A DNA stretch of 64,000 nucleotides from Amoebidium appalachense (Eukaryota; Protista; Ichthyosporea): positions 7,656,454 through 7,720,453 of the forward strand of contig CAVNZM010000002.1 of the NCBI GenBank assembly GCA_963693365.1, written 5' to 3'. The notes under the pieces are model-generated. The model was not told where the DNA came from. It made no database searches and saw only the letters and a list, made by a program, of their open reading frames with translations. The position numbers and the translations under genes were made by a program. This document shows, piece by piece, positions 1 through 12,696 of this stretch (the stretch's first letter is position 1; every line of letters begins with the position of its first letter).

Positions 1-257
1 CGATGAGGGCAAGCGTGTGTCTGAGACCATGTGCTATGCCTACCACGCACAGGTATGCATAGCCCCTCCCCCCCCCCCCCCATATGATACGCACACATGA
101 TACACACACATACACACAAACATACAGACACACCTCTTCAGAGTCTTCACCCCTCGTGGGTTCGCTACGTGCTTTTTGTGTGTTCGTGTTGGTGTGTCAT
201 TCTTGGTGCATACGGTCGTGAGTACATGCATTTTATACTGTGTTTTGCTGTTTTACA

Positions 258-300
<43 letters not shown>

Positions 301-1018
301 CCGCCGCCGCCAAATACACACACACAACCACATGCACACGCAGATGCTCCGACCCATCCGCCTACCTTATACCACCCACCCGCAATGCAGTGGCAAATTC
401 TAACCACGACATGCTCACATGCCCCCAGTGTGTAGAGCTCTTGTGCTTACCACATCTCCTTCTCCCCTCCCCCCCCCCCCCCTCCTCCCCCCCCCCCCCA
501 CACACACACCTCCCCCTTTCATTCACCCACCCTTCCCTCTTTCCCCAAAACCCACCTACACACCCTTCTTTATTCCTCCCATCCACTTTCCCTCCCTCCC
601 TCCCTCCCTCCCTCCTTCCCCCCCTTTCCCCTCCGTCCCCACCCATCCTCTCCCTTCAATCTACCCACCCACTCACACATCCTCCCACAAACCTCCTTTC
701 CCTCCCCCAATATATTCCCTTTTTCGTTTTTCTCCCTAACACCCAAATCACCCAACAGGGAGGTGTTGAGGTTCGTGTGGCCCGTATCTTCAACACGTTT
801 GGTCCCCGCATGCACCCGAACGATGGGCGGGTGGTGAGCAACTTTATTATTCAGGCTCTGGAGGGCAAGCCGATTACCGTATATGGAAAGGGGGATCAGA
901 CTAGATCCTTCCAGTACGTCGAGGTATGTCACCAGAACGACCCCCCTCCCCCCTCATCACCCCCCCCCCCCCCCCCCCCCCCCCCCCCACCACCACCACC
1001 ACCACCACCACCCTCCTC

Positions 1019-1101
<83 letters not shown>

Positions 1102-1313
1102 TCACGTTGTCCATCTTAATGTGTACTTAAATATATGTAATGCATTCTAATTGAATTACACCCCTCCGCCTCTCTTCCACCCCCCCCCCCCCCCCCCCTC
1201 CTCCCCCGCGGCACATAATCCCCCATGCATTTTCGTTTGTGGGTAAATAGTTTTTGTTTTGTCTTTCGATATGTATGTGCACTTCCATATTTCCAACCCT
1301 CTGAATGCATATA

Positions 1314-1350
<37 letters not shown>

Positions 1351-1717
1351 TTCCCCCTCCCTGCCTCCCTCCCTCCCCCTCCCCTCCGGCGCCGTGTCTC
1401 CCTGCCTGACCTTATGTTTGGTTTCTGCTCTTGTACTTGTACTTAGATGCCTCCCGTCCACCGATATGCATCCCCTCCCCCCACCCCCTGTCTCCCCCTG
1501 TACCCGCACCACCACCCCTCCCAACACGTACACACACACACACGTGCGTCCACGCACTCTCTCTCTCTCTAAACTCGCTCCCTCAATCACACTCAATCAC
1601 ACTCTCACTTGTTTACTTCCTCGCTCGCACTTCCCCCATCACCAACGCAAACACCCAAGCACGTACACATATACACACGAAACGTGCACGCACACACACA
1701 CGTACACAACACGTACA

Positions 1718-1770
<53 letters not shown>

Positions 1771-2157
1771 CAAGTACACACACACGTACCTCCCCACACA
1801 CACACGTCCCCCCCCCCCCCCCACACACACACACACACACACGTACACACACGCACACACGTACACGTACAGGACCTCGTTGACGGTCTCATGGCGCTGA
1901 TGAACAGCAACTACAGCCAACCGGTAAACCTCGGGAATCCCGACGAGTACACAATCAAGGATTTTGCCGTCATGATTCAGCAGATGATTAATGCCGATGC
2001 ACCAATCGTGTTCAAGGATGCGGTAACGGACGATCCGCAAAAACGCCAGCCCGACATTTCTGTTGCAAAGAGGGTGCTGAACTGGCAGCCAAAGTGGAAT
2101 GTCAAGGATGGCATCAGGAAAACCATCGACTATTTTAGGGTGGAGCTGAAGAAGTGA
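1..2157 (+). CDS. UXS1: UDP-glucuronate decarboxylase (UDP-xylose synthase), 5'-partial; exons <1-52, 759-923, 1873-2157
   Basis: Spliced translation [17 protein letters not shown]|[34 protein letters not shown]...QTRSFQYVE|[28 protein letters not shown]...[11 protein letters not shown]...[10 protein letters not shown]. These are diagnostic UXS motifs. Both introns are GT-AG, phase 0. Confidence 0.95.
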
Positions 2158-2239
2158 GCAATTGGTGGTTTTTATATTGTTTTTTATTTTTATTTTATTC
2201 GATTTATTTATTGTTTATTTATTTTTCATTCCTTTTCTT

Positions 2240-2283
<44 letters not shown>

Positions 2284-2391
2284 ATTTCCTCGAATGGACC
2301 AAACTTTCTCTTTCTTCCTCTGCTGTGATGGAAGAGAGGTGGTTAATCTTTTAAGGGAGAAGGTGGGGGGGGATGATGGAGAAGGGAGCAG

Positions 2392-2422
<31 letters not shown>

Positions 2423-3142
2423 GGGGGGGGCCGGGGGGGGGCCGGGGGGGGCCGGGGGGGAAGGTGTTGTGTAACATTGATAACATCATCGGGTTACTAG
2501 CCGGGTTAACTCATGTCGACATGTAAGATATCTAAGACAAGTATGTGGTCACCGAGAAATGTTAGGCATGCGAAAGACGAGCATACACATGCGTGGGCCT
2601 ACAATGATGCTGTTAGCCCACCCAATAGCAGACTGATATTACAATATTAGAAGGATGATCTATGCCCCAGTACGCACATGGTTTGCGGACTCAGAATCAA
2701 TACACAAGCTTTCAGAAGCCTAGAGCTACATTTAATTCGGCCTGTCGTGCATGTTGGTGATGCGTATGTTCATGCACAGTAGGCGCACCTCACCTCCGCT
2801 TCCAAGCAGCACACCCGTAGCGTGTTGGCCACTCATGGTCACACGTGCAAGAAATTGCAAACACCTGCAATCATTATGACCTGTGGCTGTACTTCTGTAC
2901 ACTTCACATCGAGTCGGCGGACCCCCCTCCTCCTCCTCTCCCCCTCCCTTTCCCCGCAATGCACACATAAAATCACACACACACACACACATATAACACA
3001 CGAGGCACATACACAGTGTCACACCCACGCACACACGCTAACAGTCACTCAAGTGCGGGGCGACGAACCCCTAAATGCAACGGACACATGCTTAACACAA
3101 ACAAGTCTTGGTACCCCACCTTGGGCCCCAATCCTTGCACGC

Positions 3143-3175
<33 letters not shown>

Positions 3176-4109
3176 CTTCTCCTCCCCCAATCCCCCCCTC
3201 CCCCCCTCCTCTCTCCCCCCTCTACCTCCCCCCCCCCCCCCCCCCCCCCCCCCCCGGCCCCACTTTTCCCTGCAGTGATGGTTTACCATGTCTGAGCTCG
3301 AGACCCACCTGTAATGAATTTTATACCGACAAAACACACTCCTGCAAGTGAATGTGTACGTGTTTACGGTACGTGTTTGTGTGCGTGTTCGTGCGTGCAT
3401 GTATATAAGATCAAAATTATTTGGATGACTCCTTAGTATGTCATTCAATTCAACGGTTCGAAGTTACTGTACCATAAATAGGCCAAACGTGTCATGGCAC
3501 TACCTAGTGTAAGCTACACTGGCACGAAGTAAGCTGCCGTATGCCTCCTCAGCATGTTCAGCATTTAGTAATCATTTGGATGCCCATGCATTACTGATTA
3601 TAAAGTCAAGATAGTCACCAACTGCATGCCGCTTCGAATTCGTACAATGGTACCATTCAAACGAAGCTTGCAGAGCTGATGCGATACGGCTACTGCATGC
3701 GTAACCCATGATACTGCAACACATGTACTCAGCTCAGCCTGTAACCGGTACTGCATACATGTCATGCGCACACACGTCCAAATCAACACACGTGTCACAC
3801 ACGCATGTACACACACATGCACGAAACTTCTCATAAGCAGGGCCCTCCCTCCCTCCCCCCCCTCCCCCCCCCCCCCCCAAAAAAAAAAAATTGAAAAATG
3901 AAAAAAAAAATGAAAAGAAAAAAAGAAAAAAGGAAAAGAAAAAGAAAAAGAGAAAGGAAAAGAAGAAAGAATCTTTAAAATTAGTGCGCACACTAAATGT
4001 ACTGTATACTACGTGGCACACTGTGGCATCCACACACACACACACACGTGCGCACGTGCGCGCGCACACAGTTTGAAACACCACACACACACACACACAA
4101 ACACACTGG

Positions 4110-4186
<77 letters not shown>

Positions 4187-4430
4187 GCGCACACACACAC
4201 ACCCCACACATACACACAAAAACACCATGATACACAAACACATGACATGACACACATGTACACGGTGTGCACACGTGCACGTCATCATGTCAAATGAAAA
4301 AAGCATGGTGTTTTCTTTGTTTGAAAAGCCATCAGTATCAAACTTAGCACCCAAAAACACGGTCAAAAATCGTGACTTGATATCGTTTTCATAACAGGCT
4401 ATGATCCGCGTAAAGGCAATAACAACATAA

Positions 4431-5466
4431 GGGCCTGTTTGGCAGCACCCCAATAATCGTATTCGTATTTAGGCCCTAAATACGATCTACCGTATTTACA
4501 AAATTTATCGTGGTATGCGTATTTAGGGCCTAAATACGGTTGGTGCCTTCCAAACGCTGTCAGGCGTGACTGGTCACATTGAATGTCGATACATGGTTCA
4601 CGAGATCTGATTGGCCCTATTCGCACCCATTGATAATCCTTCGGTATTCCATGCATATAGACTGGTGCAGCTGTAGTCAGTATTACGTAACGAACGGCAA
4701 AAACGAGTCACCGCCGGACAGTGAGTCTTGCTCTGTTTAACAATAGGTTAGAATGTCTGTTATTGAAGGGATACTGCCAGTTATTGCGGTGGCTAGTGTA
4801 AGCCTTGCTAGAGACCTCGTTTTACGTCACCAACGTTCGTCCCTGGCATTCCCCACATATCTGAACACATAATGAGTGTTAAAATTTGTCCTTGCCTATG
4901 CAATACTCGTTGTGCCTGCATGTCACCGAGTTTGTACATGTACATTTGATTGTTTTTCATTAATGCATATATCGGAGTCCAGTATCGTTTCAATGATTAT
5001 TATGGCATATATATACAGTCTGAGCTTGTTATCATGCACCGCGTAGGGTTCCTCGTCCTCTGTCTTACCTGTGCAGCCCAAATTCATGTGCCAATTTTAA
5101 CTGAGAATGTACACAAAATGACGTGTATGACACCGACCTTCTAACATTGAATTATTCACGTGCATGCGCCGGCATGCGTACTGTAGTAAAAATGTGCCCG
5201 CCGCGGCTTACGAGCGCTGTACCATTGGCTTGCTGATAGCCAATAAATGATGCGAAATGCTCTGATTGGCTAATTTCCTATATCGTATTTACGAAAATCA
5301 CCTCCGGAGGTGATTTTCGTAAATACGATATAAAAGCGATCCTTATCGTATTTACAAAAAATAAAAGCCCGCGGCGTGTTTGGCATGCCACGGGATCGTA
5401 TACGTATTTAGGCCCTAAATACGAATACGATAAAAAACCGTATTTAGCGCGCTACCAAACAGGCCC
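4431..5466. mobile_element. Non-autonomous PIF/Harbinger-type (Tourist-like) DNA transposon, ~1.04 kb
   Basis: TIRs GGGCCTGTTTGG(C/T)AGC at 4431 and ending at 5466. TAA on both flanks (4428-4430, 5467-5469). Subterminal CGTATTTAGG(G/C)CCTAAATACG repeats at both ends. No transposase ORF. Confidence 0.9.
5279..5332. repeat. Perfect 54-bp palindrome inside the PIF-type element
   Basis: TATATCGTATTTACGAAAATCACCTCC|GGAGGTGATTTTCGTAAATACGATATA, with 27-bp arms and no spacer. Confidence 0.95.
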
Positions 5467-5763
5467 TAAATGCATATGGCAAGGAATGCACATACACATA
5501 CAACCATCTAGTCAGCATGCAACCGTGACCTGGCACGAAATAAATTAAACTATAGCCAGCTAGTAGCCTGACGGGTCATTTGAGGATCATAAGTTTTACC
5601 GTACATTTCGGACCAAAACATACAAATTTATCAAGCTTTATCAGAAAAGGACTGCTGCTCCCCCCCCCCCCCCCCCCCCCCCCCCAACACACACACACAC
5701 ACACCCTCTGTTGGACACACGTTTTTCTGCGCGGCTACCTGGCCATGTCATGAGCTCTAGACC

Positions 5764-5805
<42 letters not shown>

Positions 5806-5876
5806 CATACACACACGCACACCATATGCACACCCGGGGTTGGACACACGTTTTTCCGTGGCTAGCTCTAGCCCCC

Positions 5877-5909
<33 letters not shown>

Positions 5910-6005
5910 ATCCTGGGCAACCTTCCAAGATCTAAATATAAGAGAAAACACAGCAAAATTGAATTATAAACCGAAAAATACATGCAAAAAATTTAATCCA
6001 CTGGA

Positions 6006-7107
6006 TCAGAATGCGCCCCAAGCCCAGCAGCAGGCGGTAAAACTTTTAAGTTCAATAAGGGGGAAGAATTGATGAGCAAGTGATTCAAATGCACTCCCGT
6101 GGGCTCTGTTGTGTTGCCTATGCCCGTTGTGTGCCAGTTGGTGACAGAACTTAACGTACCAGAAGAAATTGCAAGAGTATTTGGGGTCCGAGTTTACGTT
6201 GCTCAAATGCACATGCACGTTGAAGAAAAGGTGCCCGTTTTTGTTGAAGGCGGTAGCAGACCCCGAATCGTCGTAATAGAGGTGAACCTTTTCCGTCGGT
6301 AGGCAAAATACGTTCTCTGCCAGCCGGTCAATGACCAAAAACTTAAAGTCCACCACAAATGGCCGATTCTCTGGGCTCTGAAGGTACTGGCAGCTTTCGA
6401 TCACTTCGGTAGCGTTGACATAAATCGGTACGGTGCGCCTCACCGGTTGATTCTGTGTATCTGACTTGTCTGTCAGCTTAAATTTAAAGTTTACCTCCAC
6501 TAACGAAGGCGCATTGGCGTCATCCGAACAGTCGACGAGAAGGGTGTCTTCGGTCGCCAATGCCTCCGACTCGCGTGTCCCCTCGGGTATTAAGGTGTCT
6601 GGGTCCACGTCCTCCCCAGAGTTTCGTGTCACATCGACCAATGACCGGGCTTGCTTATACATGTCAATGATGGATGTGGACTGCCGTACAGGTGGCTGTG
6701 TGTCTGTGGGGCCTATACATTGCCCGGAAGCATCACAGACGGCGCTTGCGGTCACTCCACTGGCGTCTGACTTTGGAATCTCGAGTAGCTCGCCGAACGA
6801 TTTGCTGGCTGGACCGGGTACAGCTTGGCAATGCACACCTGCGCAGGTTTCTGAATGCGGGAAAAAGGACACGGATTAGAAGAGAATGAGAACTCTTCGG
6901 GAATAAACCTTGAAGTTACACACATGCGCACACGTGTCATGGGACATCACAATTTACGTTGGCGTTAATATTGTGCATATGCCATATTGTTCATCCTGGA
7001 AAAAACCAGCACCGTGGTTCATACCTACAAGTATGCGAGTCCATGTTCATTCAATGATCTACTACTCATAGCACTAAAGTATATACAAATTATTAGTAAC
7101 ACACACA

Positions 7108-7183
<76 letters not shown>

Positions 7184-8304
7184 CTTTTGGTGGGCCAGGC
7201 AGTGACTGTGTTTACAAAGGTGATGGCATCCGGCAAACGTGTTGTCGTAGTAGTACCGACGGTATGCCATACCAACCCAGAATGCACGTGCGTGCGCACG
7301 CATTCCCCGGGGGGGAGGGGGAGGGGGGTGGGGGGGAGGATGTATCAGGCCATCAGGGGGGGAGGAGGAGGGGGGGGGGGGGGGGGGGGGGGGGGAGGGG
7401 GAGGAGGGGGGGGGGGGGGGAGGGGGGAGGGAGGGGGGGAGGGGCGGGAGACCCGAGGGGGAACGAGACGAGAGGAAGCTGCAGCATGGACTCGGCACAT
7501 GGCATGCATGACATCATTAGTATGCCAATTAAGTTGACTCACCGGTTTTGCCATGCAAACTCAAGTCTTGTTGATTAGTGGGTCTTGCGTCCCGAGGCTC
7601 CTCTGGCAGCCTGATAACAGGTGTTGGGCCCTCATCATGATCAGAGTTGACTGCAGGCAGAGGTACCACAGCGGCCGGCGGTGTGTCACATACAGACATT
7701 GAGCGAAGTGTCTCCCAGTTGACCTTTTTTAGCCAATGCCCCACAACAGTAGAGTTGAGCAAAGACATATTTTGGAACAACTCTCTGGCTGCATCGATCA
7801 TTGAATCTCCGAGCCGCGATCCCTTCCTAGCTTTCGGGACTGGATTGCGATGAAGTCCCCTACAACAGCCAGACGGATGCAACCCCCTTGGCAATCCCTG
7901 GCACAGTCTTGTGCACCAAACCGTTTCGGCAACACCTTCATTCGCTCGTGCACGCGATCCAGGCTCACTTCGTTGTAGTCAATGATGTAAGTCCCCTCTA
8001 CCTCGTGCACAATACTGCACCGTAACTTCCCTCCCAGTGGACGCCGAGGCTCAACCGCCTTCACGACGATATTCTTCAATGGAATGTCAAAGCATTCGGC
8101 ACAAGTCTTCATGAGGGTGGACAGGAATTTGTGTTCGTCACTCCCAGCAGCCAGGATGACTGTCGGCAGACCAAGCAGGCACTGGTTTTTCCTCTTCAAC
8201 AGGTCATTGCTTGTGGGCATGGGTGGGTCACGTGACAACTTCATGACATCATAGAGTGTGCGGTCGACAGGAACAAGCTTCATGCCCAATCCATAGGATA
8301 CCTC
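6006..8304 (-). pseudogene. C-terminal part of a DUF3684/sacsin-like large protein with a zincin-like tail; exons 8304-7543 (1-nt frameshift near 7800) and 6838-6006; 5' exons not found
   Basis: The tail ATAFNKNGHLFFN...FWYVKFCHQLAHNGHRQHNRAH matches my recollection of the AFN.NG.LFFN...CHELAHN C-terminus of fungal/protist DUF3684-type proteins. Phase-1 GT-AG intron 7542-6839. Reading frames switch at GAG ATT CAATGATC. Confidence 0.6.
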
Positions 8305-8891
8305 CTGTGTGTAGCAAACATCACGTGAATTAGCCAGGCTTTGCTGCGAACTTTGCTCCTTGCCGGGCAGCTGTTAACGGTTGCAACCATCCTATAGTGA
8401 ACTAGAACACAGCATTTATGATGTTGTATACCGGAAATGGCCTTCGTTTTAATATATAACTTAGTAATACTTGATTTATTTGACTGTCACTACATCGGTG
8501 ACACAGTGGTTCTCAATGAGTATGCATACTATGATGTATAAATCTCACGTATCATGATATGATTTGTTCATGCAACGCGGTCTTATAAGTCCATGTCGAG
8601 CCTGTATTCACTCGGTTACAGCCTGTCATGCAACACATCGCAAATTATGTACATGTACAACTTCTAACCACACATTTCATTCCACTATAACACCTTTCAG
8701 CACACAGACTGGCACACTGGTGTACAAGTGACACGAAATCATCGGCACGGTGACACACAAAACACTGACACCGATGCGCCCGCACATGTACACACGGCGG
8801 GCGCGCGCGTGCAAACACAAGCGCGCGCGTGCGCACCCACACCCACCCACCCACCCACCCACACCCACCCACACCCACCCACCCACCCACC

Positions 8892-8988
<97 letters not shown>

Positions 8989-9031
8989 ACACACCCACCC
9001 ACACCCACCCACCCACCCACCCACCCACCCA

Positions 9032-9093
<62 letters not shown>

Positions 9094-9095
9094 GT

Positions 9096-9132
<37 letters not shown>

Positions 9133-9134
9133 GT

Positions 9135-9219
<85 letters not shown>

Positions 9220-9629
9220 TGCTCGTGCGCGGGTGCACGTATGGGCACATACACACTGGGCACCGTGACGCACAAACTCACGCACACACACACATGCACT
9301 GATAGGCACACATATTGTCAAGTCCCACACACGAAACAATACAGGCCTCCTCCCTCGCTGTCCCCTCCGCCCCCCTCCCCGTCCCGGCCCCCTCTTCTCC
9401 TCCTCCCCCCTCCCCCCCTCCTTCCTCCCCCCCCCCTAACCCCCCTCCCTCTTCCTAGGCCAAACACACAACACACACGCACATGTACTGATAATCAACC
9501 TCCCCCCCCCCCCCCCCCTCCCCACACACACACACACACACACGTGCTGTGCACACCTTAACCCGTTTGTTTCTCTGTTCCGTTTTCTTCCCTATCTGCT
9601 TCCTCCCCCCCCCCCCGCACCCCCCCCCC

Positions 9630-9782
9630 CACAAACACACAAAAAACCAGTAAACACCCCCCCCCCCCACAAACACACAAAAAACCAGTAAACACCCCCC
9701 CCCCCACAAACACACAAAAAACCAGTAAACACCCCCCCCCCCCACAAACACACAAAAAACCAGTAAACACCCCCCCCCCCCC
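9630..9782. repeat. Tandem repeat, 4 copies of ACAAACACACAAAAAACCAGTAAACA(C)n
   Basis: Read directly. Units differ only in C-run length. Confidence 0.9.
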
Positions 9783-9972
9783 CCAACCTCCACAACACAC
9801 AAACACGCTCAAGTACTGTAACACACATTCATGCTCTACTAGCGCTCTGCAGCACCAATCAAAGTCAGGGGTGAGGAGGGGCCAGCTGGGAGACTCAGTG
9901 CCGGAAGTACACGTGAACCCAGGGTGTGCGTGTGTGTGTGTAGGGGGGGGAGGGGAGGGGGGGGGGAGAGGT

Positions 9973-10105
9973 GTAGAATGCGGAACACGGCTGTGGTATT
10001 TGATTAGTACTACCACACGATATGAAACACGGTGCAGGACACTAAAAAACAGCTCAAGTGTGCAACATCAGCAACGCGCGCAAGCATGCAACATAAGCAG
10101 AACCA
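9973..10105 (-). mobile_element. Diverged short copy of the C-tract-associated repeat family
   Basis: G-rich tract, then TAGAATGCGGAACACGG...ACACGGTGCAGGACAC...CATAAGCAGA, alignable by eye to 23832-23960. Similar diverged ends at ~11156, 13255, 21112, 21427, 61777 and 63678. Confidence 0.6.
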
Positions 10106-10110
10106 ATTTT

Positions 10111-10145
<35 letters not shown>

Positions 10146-10530
10146 GATAAAGCTAAAATTGAAGTCACGTCGACATATGGGCAGGCGTAAGCATGGGTCA
10201 GTGCATTGCCAACATTTATTTCTTGCCTTTTATAACAACCTCGTCAGAGGGAAGGTGAGCACCACTGCAATCCATGTATCCGATACTGCATGCTTTGGGC
10301 TTTTGATCCAGTCGTGGGCCCCCTTAAATTAGTTAAAAATTCAACCACAAAAAAACAGTAACCTAACCTTTTTAAATCAAAACTGTCTCTGTTATCGAGC
10401 TAAATATGACACCACACGTCTACCTAAACATCAGGAAAATTTCATATCTTTACAATCATCGACAAAAAAACATGGAAACATGCATATCTGCGCATGCGCA
10501 CACCCAGACACACGCCATTGCAAATGACAT

Positions 10531-12648
10531 CTATTTCTCCTCCTCCTCATCGCGATCACGCGTAATTGGGAGATCGAGACCCATGCGCGATCTCGCGATA
10601 TCTACCTGCTCCTGCCAATCTGTATTGAGCACGATCACCAACATGGTCGAACACACCAACACCAGCGCAACGAACATACCCTCCCACAGACCCTTAGTCT
10701 TGTGATCATACTTGAACCCAAAGAGGTAACCCAAAGGAAGACCGAAACCATAGTAACAAATAGCGTTCAGAACGGCCCCGATCGTCTGACGGCCGCATCC
10801 TCGGAGAATTCCTGACGCGCAAATCTGCAATCCGTCAAAAACGAGGAAACCGGCCACGACCAAAATAACTTCGGCGGCGACGTCAATCGCTTTGTCCCAT
10901 GTGGTGTAGATCATGGGGATGTAGAAACGAAGGAGGACAGCCAGGGTCGAGGTAATGACGGTGGTGAAAAGAACGAGAACGAGGGAACAGATGGCAGCCT
11001 TTTTGGCATCGGCGGCGCGGCCCTGGCCCAAAAAGTTACCCACACGGATGCTGGCAGCCACACCCATGCCTGTGTGTGTGTGTGTGTGTGTGTGTGGTGG
11101 TGGTGGTGGTGGGTTGAGGTTGGGGGGAGGGGGGGGGGAGGGGGGGGGAGGGTGTGTTAGAATGCGTTACTAGTAGGGTACTGAAGTACGAATTACGACG
11201 GACAACAAAACACGGTTTTTTGCAAAGTATACACAAAGTCTATTCACCATGAGTAGAGACCATGCGGTGGGGTCATTGTGTTGGCAGGGGACGCGATGAC
11301 ACGGATGTATGGTTGGCAGGTAAGTAAGAAAAGCAAACAGAAAATGGAAAGAACACTTCAAGGATAAGCATGGTTGCAGCCTACAGGTTTAGAGGGGTCA
11401 GCCGCTCCGGGGGGGAAGGGGGGGGGGGGGGGGGGGGGGGGATCTGAACAATTAGCCCGACATTTCGCCAAGGTGTGAGACTTGTAAATAAAGGCGCCCA
11501 GGGGGAAGGTGGAAAGATGAAGCCCGTGTGTGTGTGTGCAGGTAGTGGAATGAATTCCGTGCATGAGAGTCTGTGTACAGACATGTGCTGGGAGGGGAAG
11601 GGAAAGGTATTTTGTGTGTAGCTGTGCGTACGTGTGTGGAGGGGGGTGGGGGTGGGTGGGTGGGTGGGTTGGGGGGCGGGGGGGGGGGGGAGGGGGGGGG
11701 GGCTGCAGGCACATACCCATGGGGGTCATGCCGGAGAGGGAGATAATCTGAATGGTGATAGACTGGGCAGACAGATACTCGGTCCCAAAGTAGCCCGCGC
11801 CCAGGGTTTGAATCTCAAACGCCCAGAACTCGGCGCAGCACATAATTAGCCCCGGAAGCGCCAGGCCCAAAAACTTTCCCCATTCGGAAAAGGCTTCCTT
11901 CGACCACCCGCCCCACGTATCCGATCCGGCACCTGTCACCTTCATATATCCCAAAAGAATAATGACGTTCATCCATTGGCAGATCGCGCGCGCGATCGGC
12001 GCTCCGATGAAGCCGAGATTCAACTGGTACATGAGTATCCAGTTCATTGCGATTGCAGCAATGTTTGAAAACACGGCCACGTACATGGACGGCTTTACGA
12101 TTCCCTGTGTCTGCAAGTACTTCTGCAGGCACATGTAGATGAAGATGGCCCACATACCAAACACGCTGACTCGGCAAAAGTCACCCGCCATTTTTGCCAC
12201 CGCCGCCTCCTGGCCGACCAATAGGAGAAGGGCTTCGGCAAAGTACCACGTGACACCGATGGGAAGGGAGATGACGAAGAGGATGAGCAGCGCACGTTGG
12301 AAGATCACTCCGACCTGAGAGGGGTGGGGGAGGGAGGGGTGAGTTACAGTGCTTGCACCGTCCTTCTGCACCAATCAGATTTTTGCCATCATATGATTGG
12401 CCGGTAATGGGAAATCTATTTAGGAATCGTTTGCTTCGCTCAAGAATTGCACATTTTGAGTCAAACCGCCAGCCAATCGCATTCCATAGACCTGCCTTGC
12501 TCCGATTGGTGCAGAAAGACCGTGCAAGCACTGTAGACTGAGTTACAACAGACTGCGAAGTGCGTCGTTTATGACGGACAACATAACAAAGATGTTGCAA
12601 AGCACACAAAAAGAATGTGTGAATGTGAGTGAGTGTTTGAGTGTGTGT

Positions 12649-12696
<48 letters not shown>

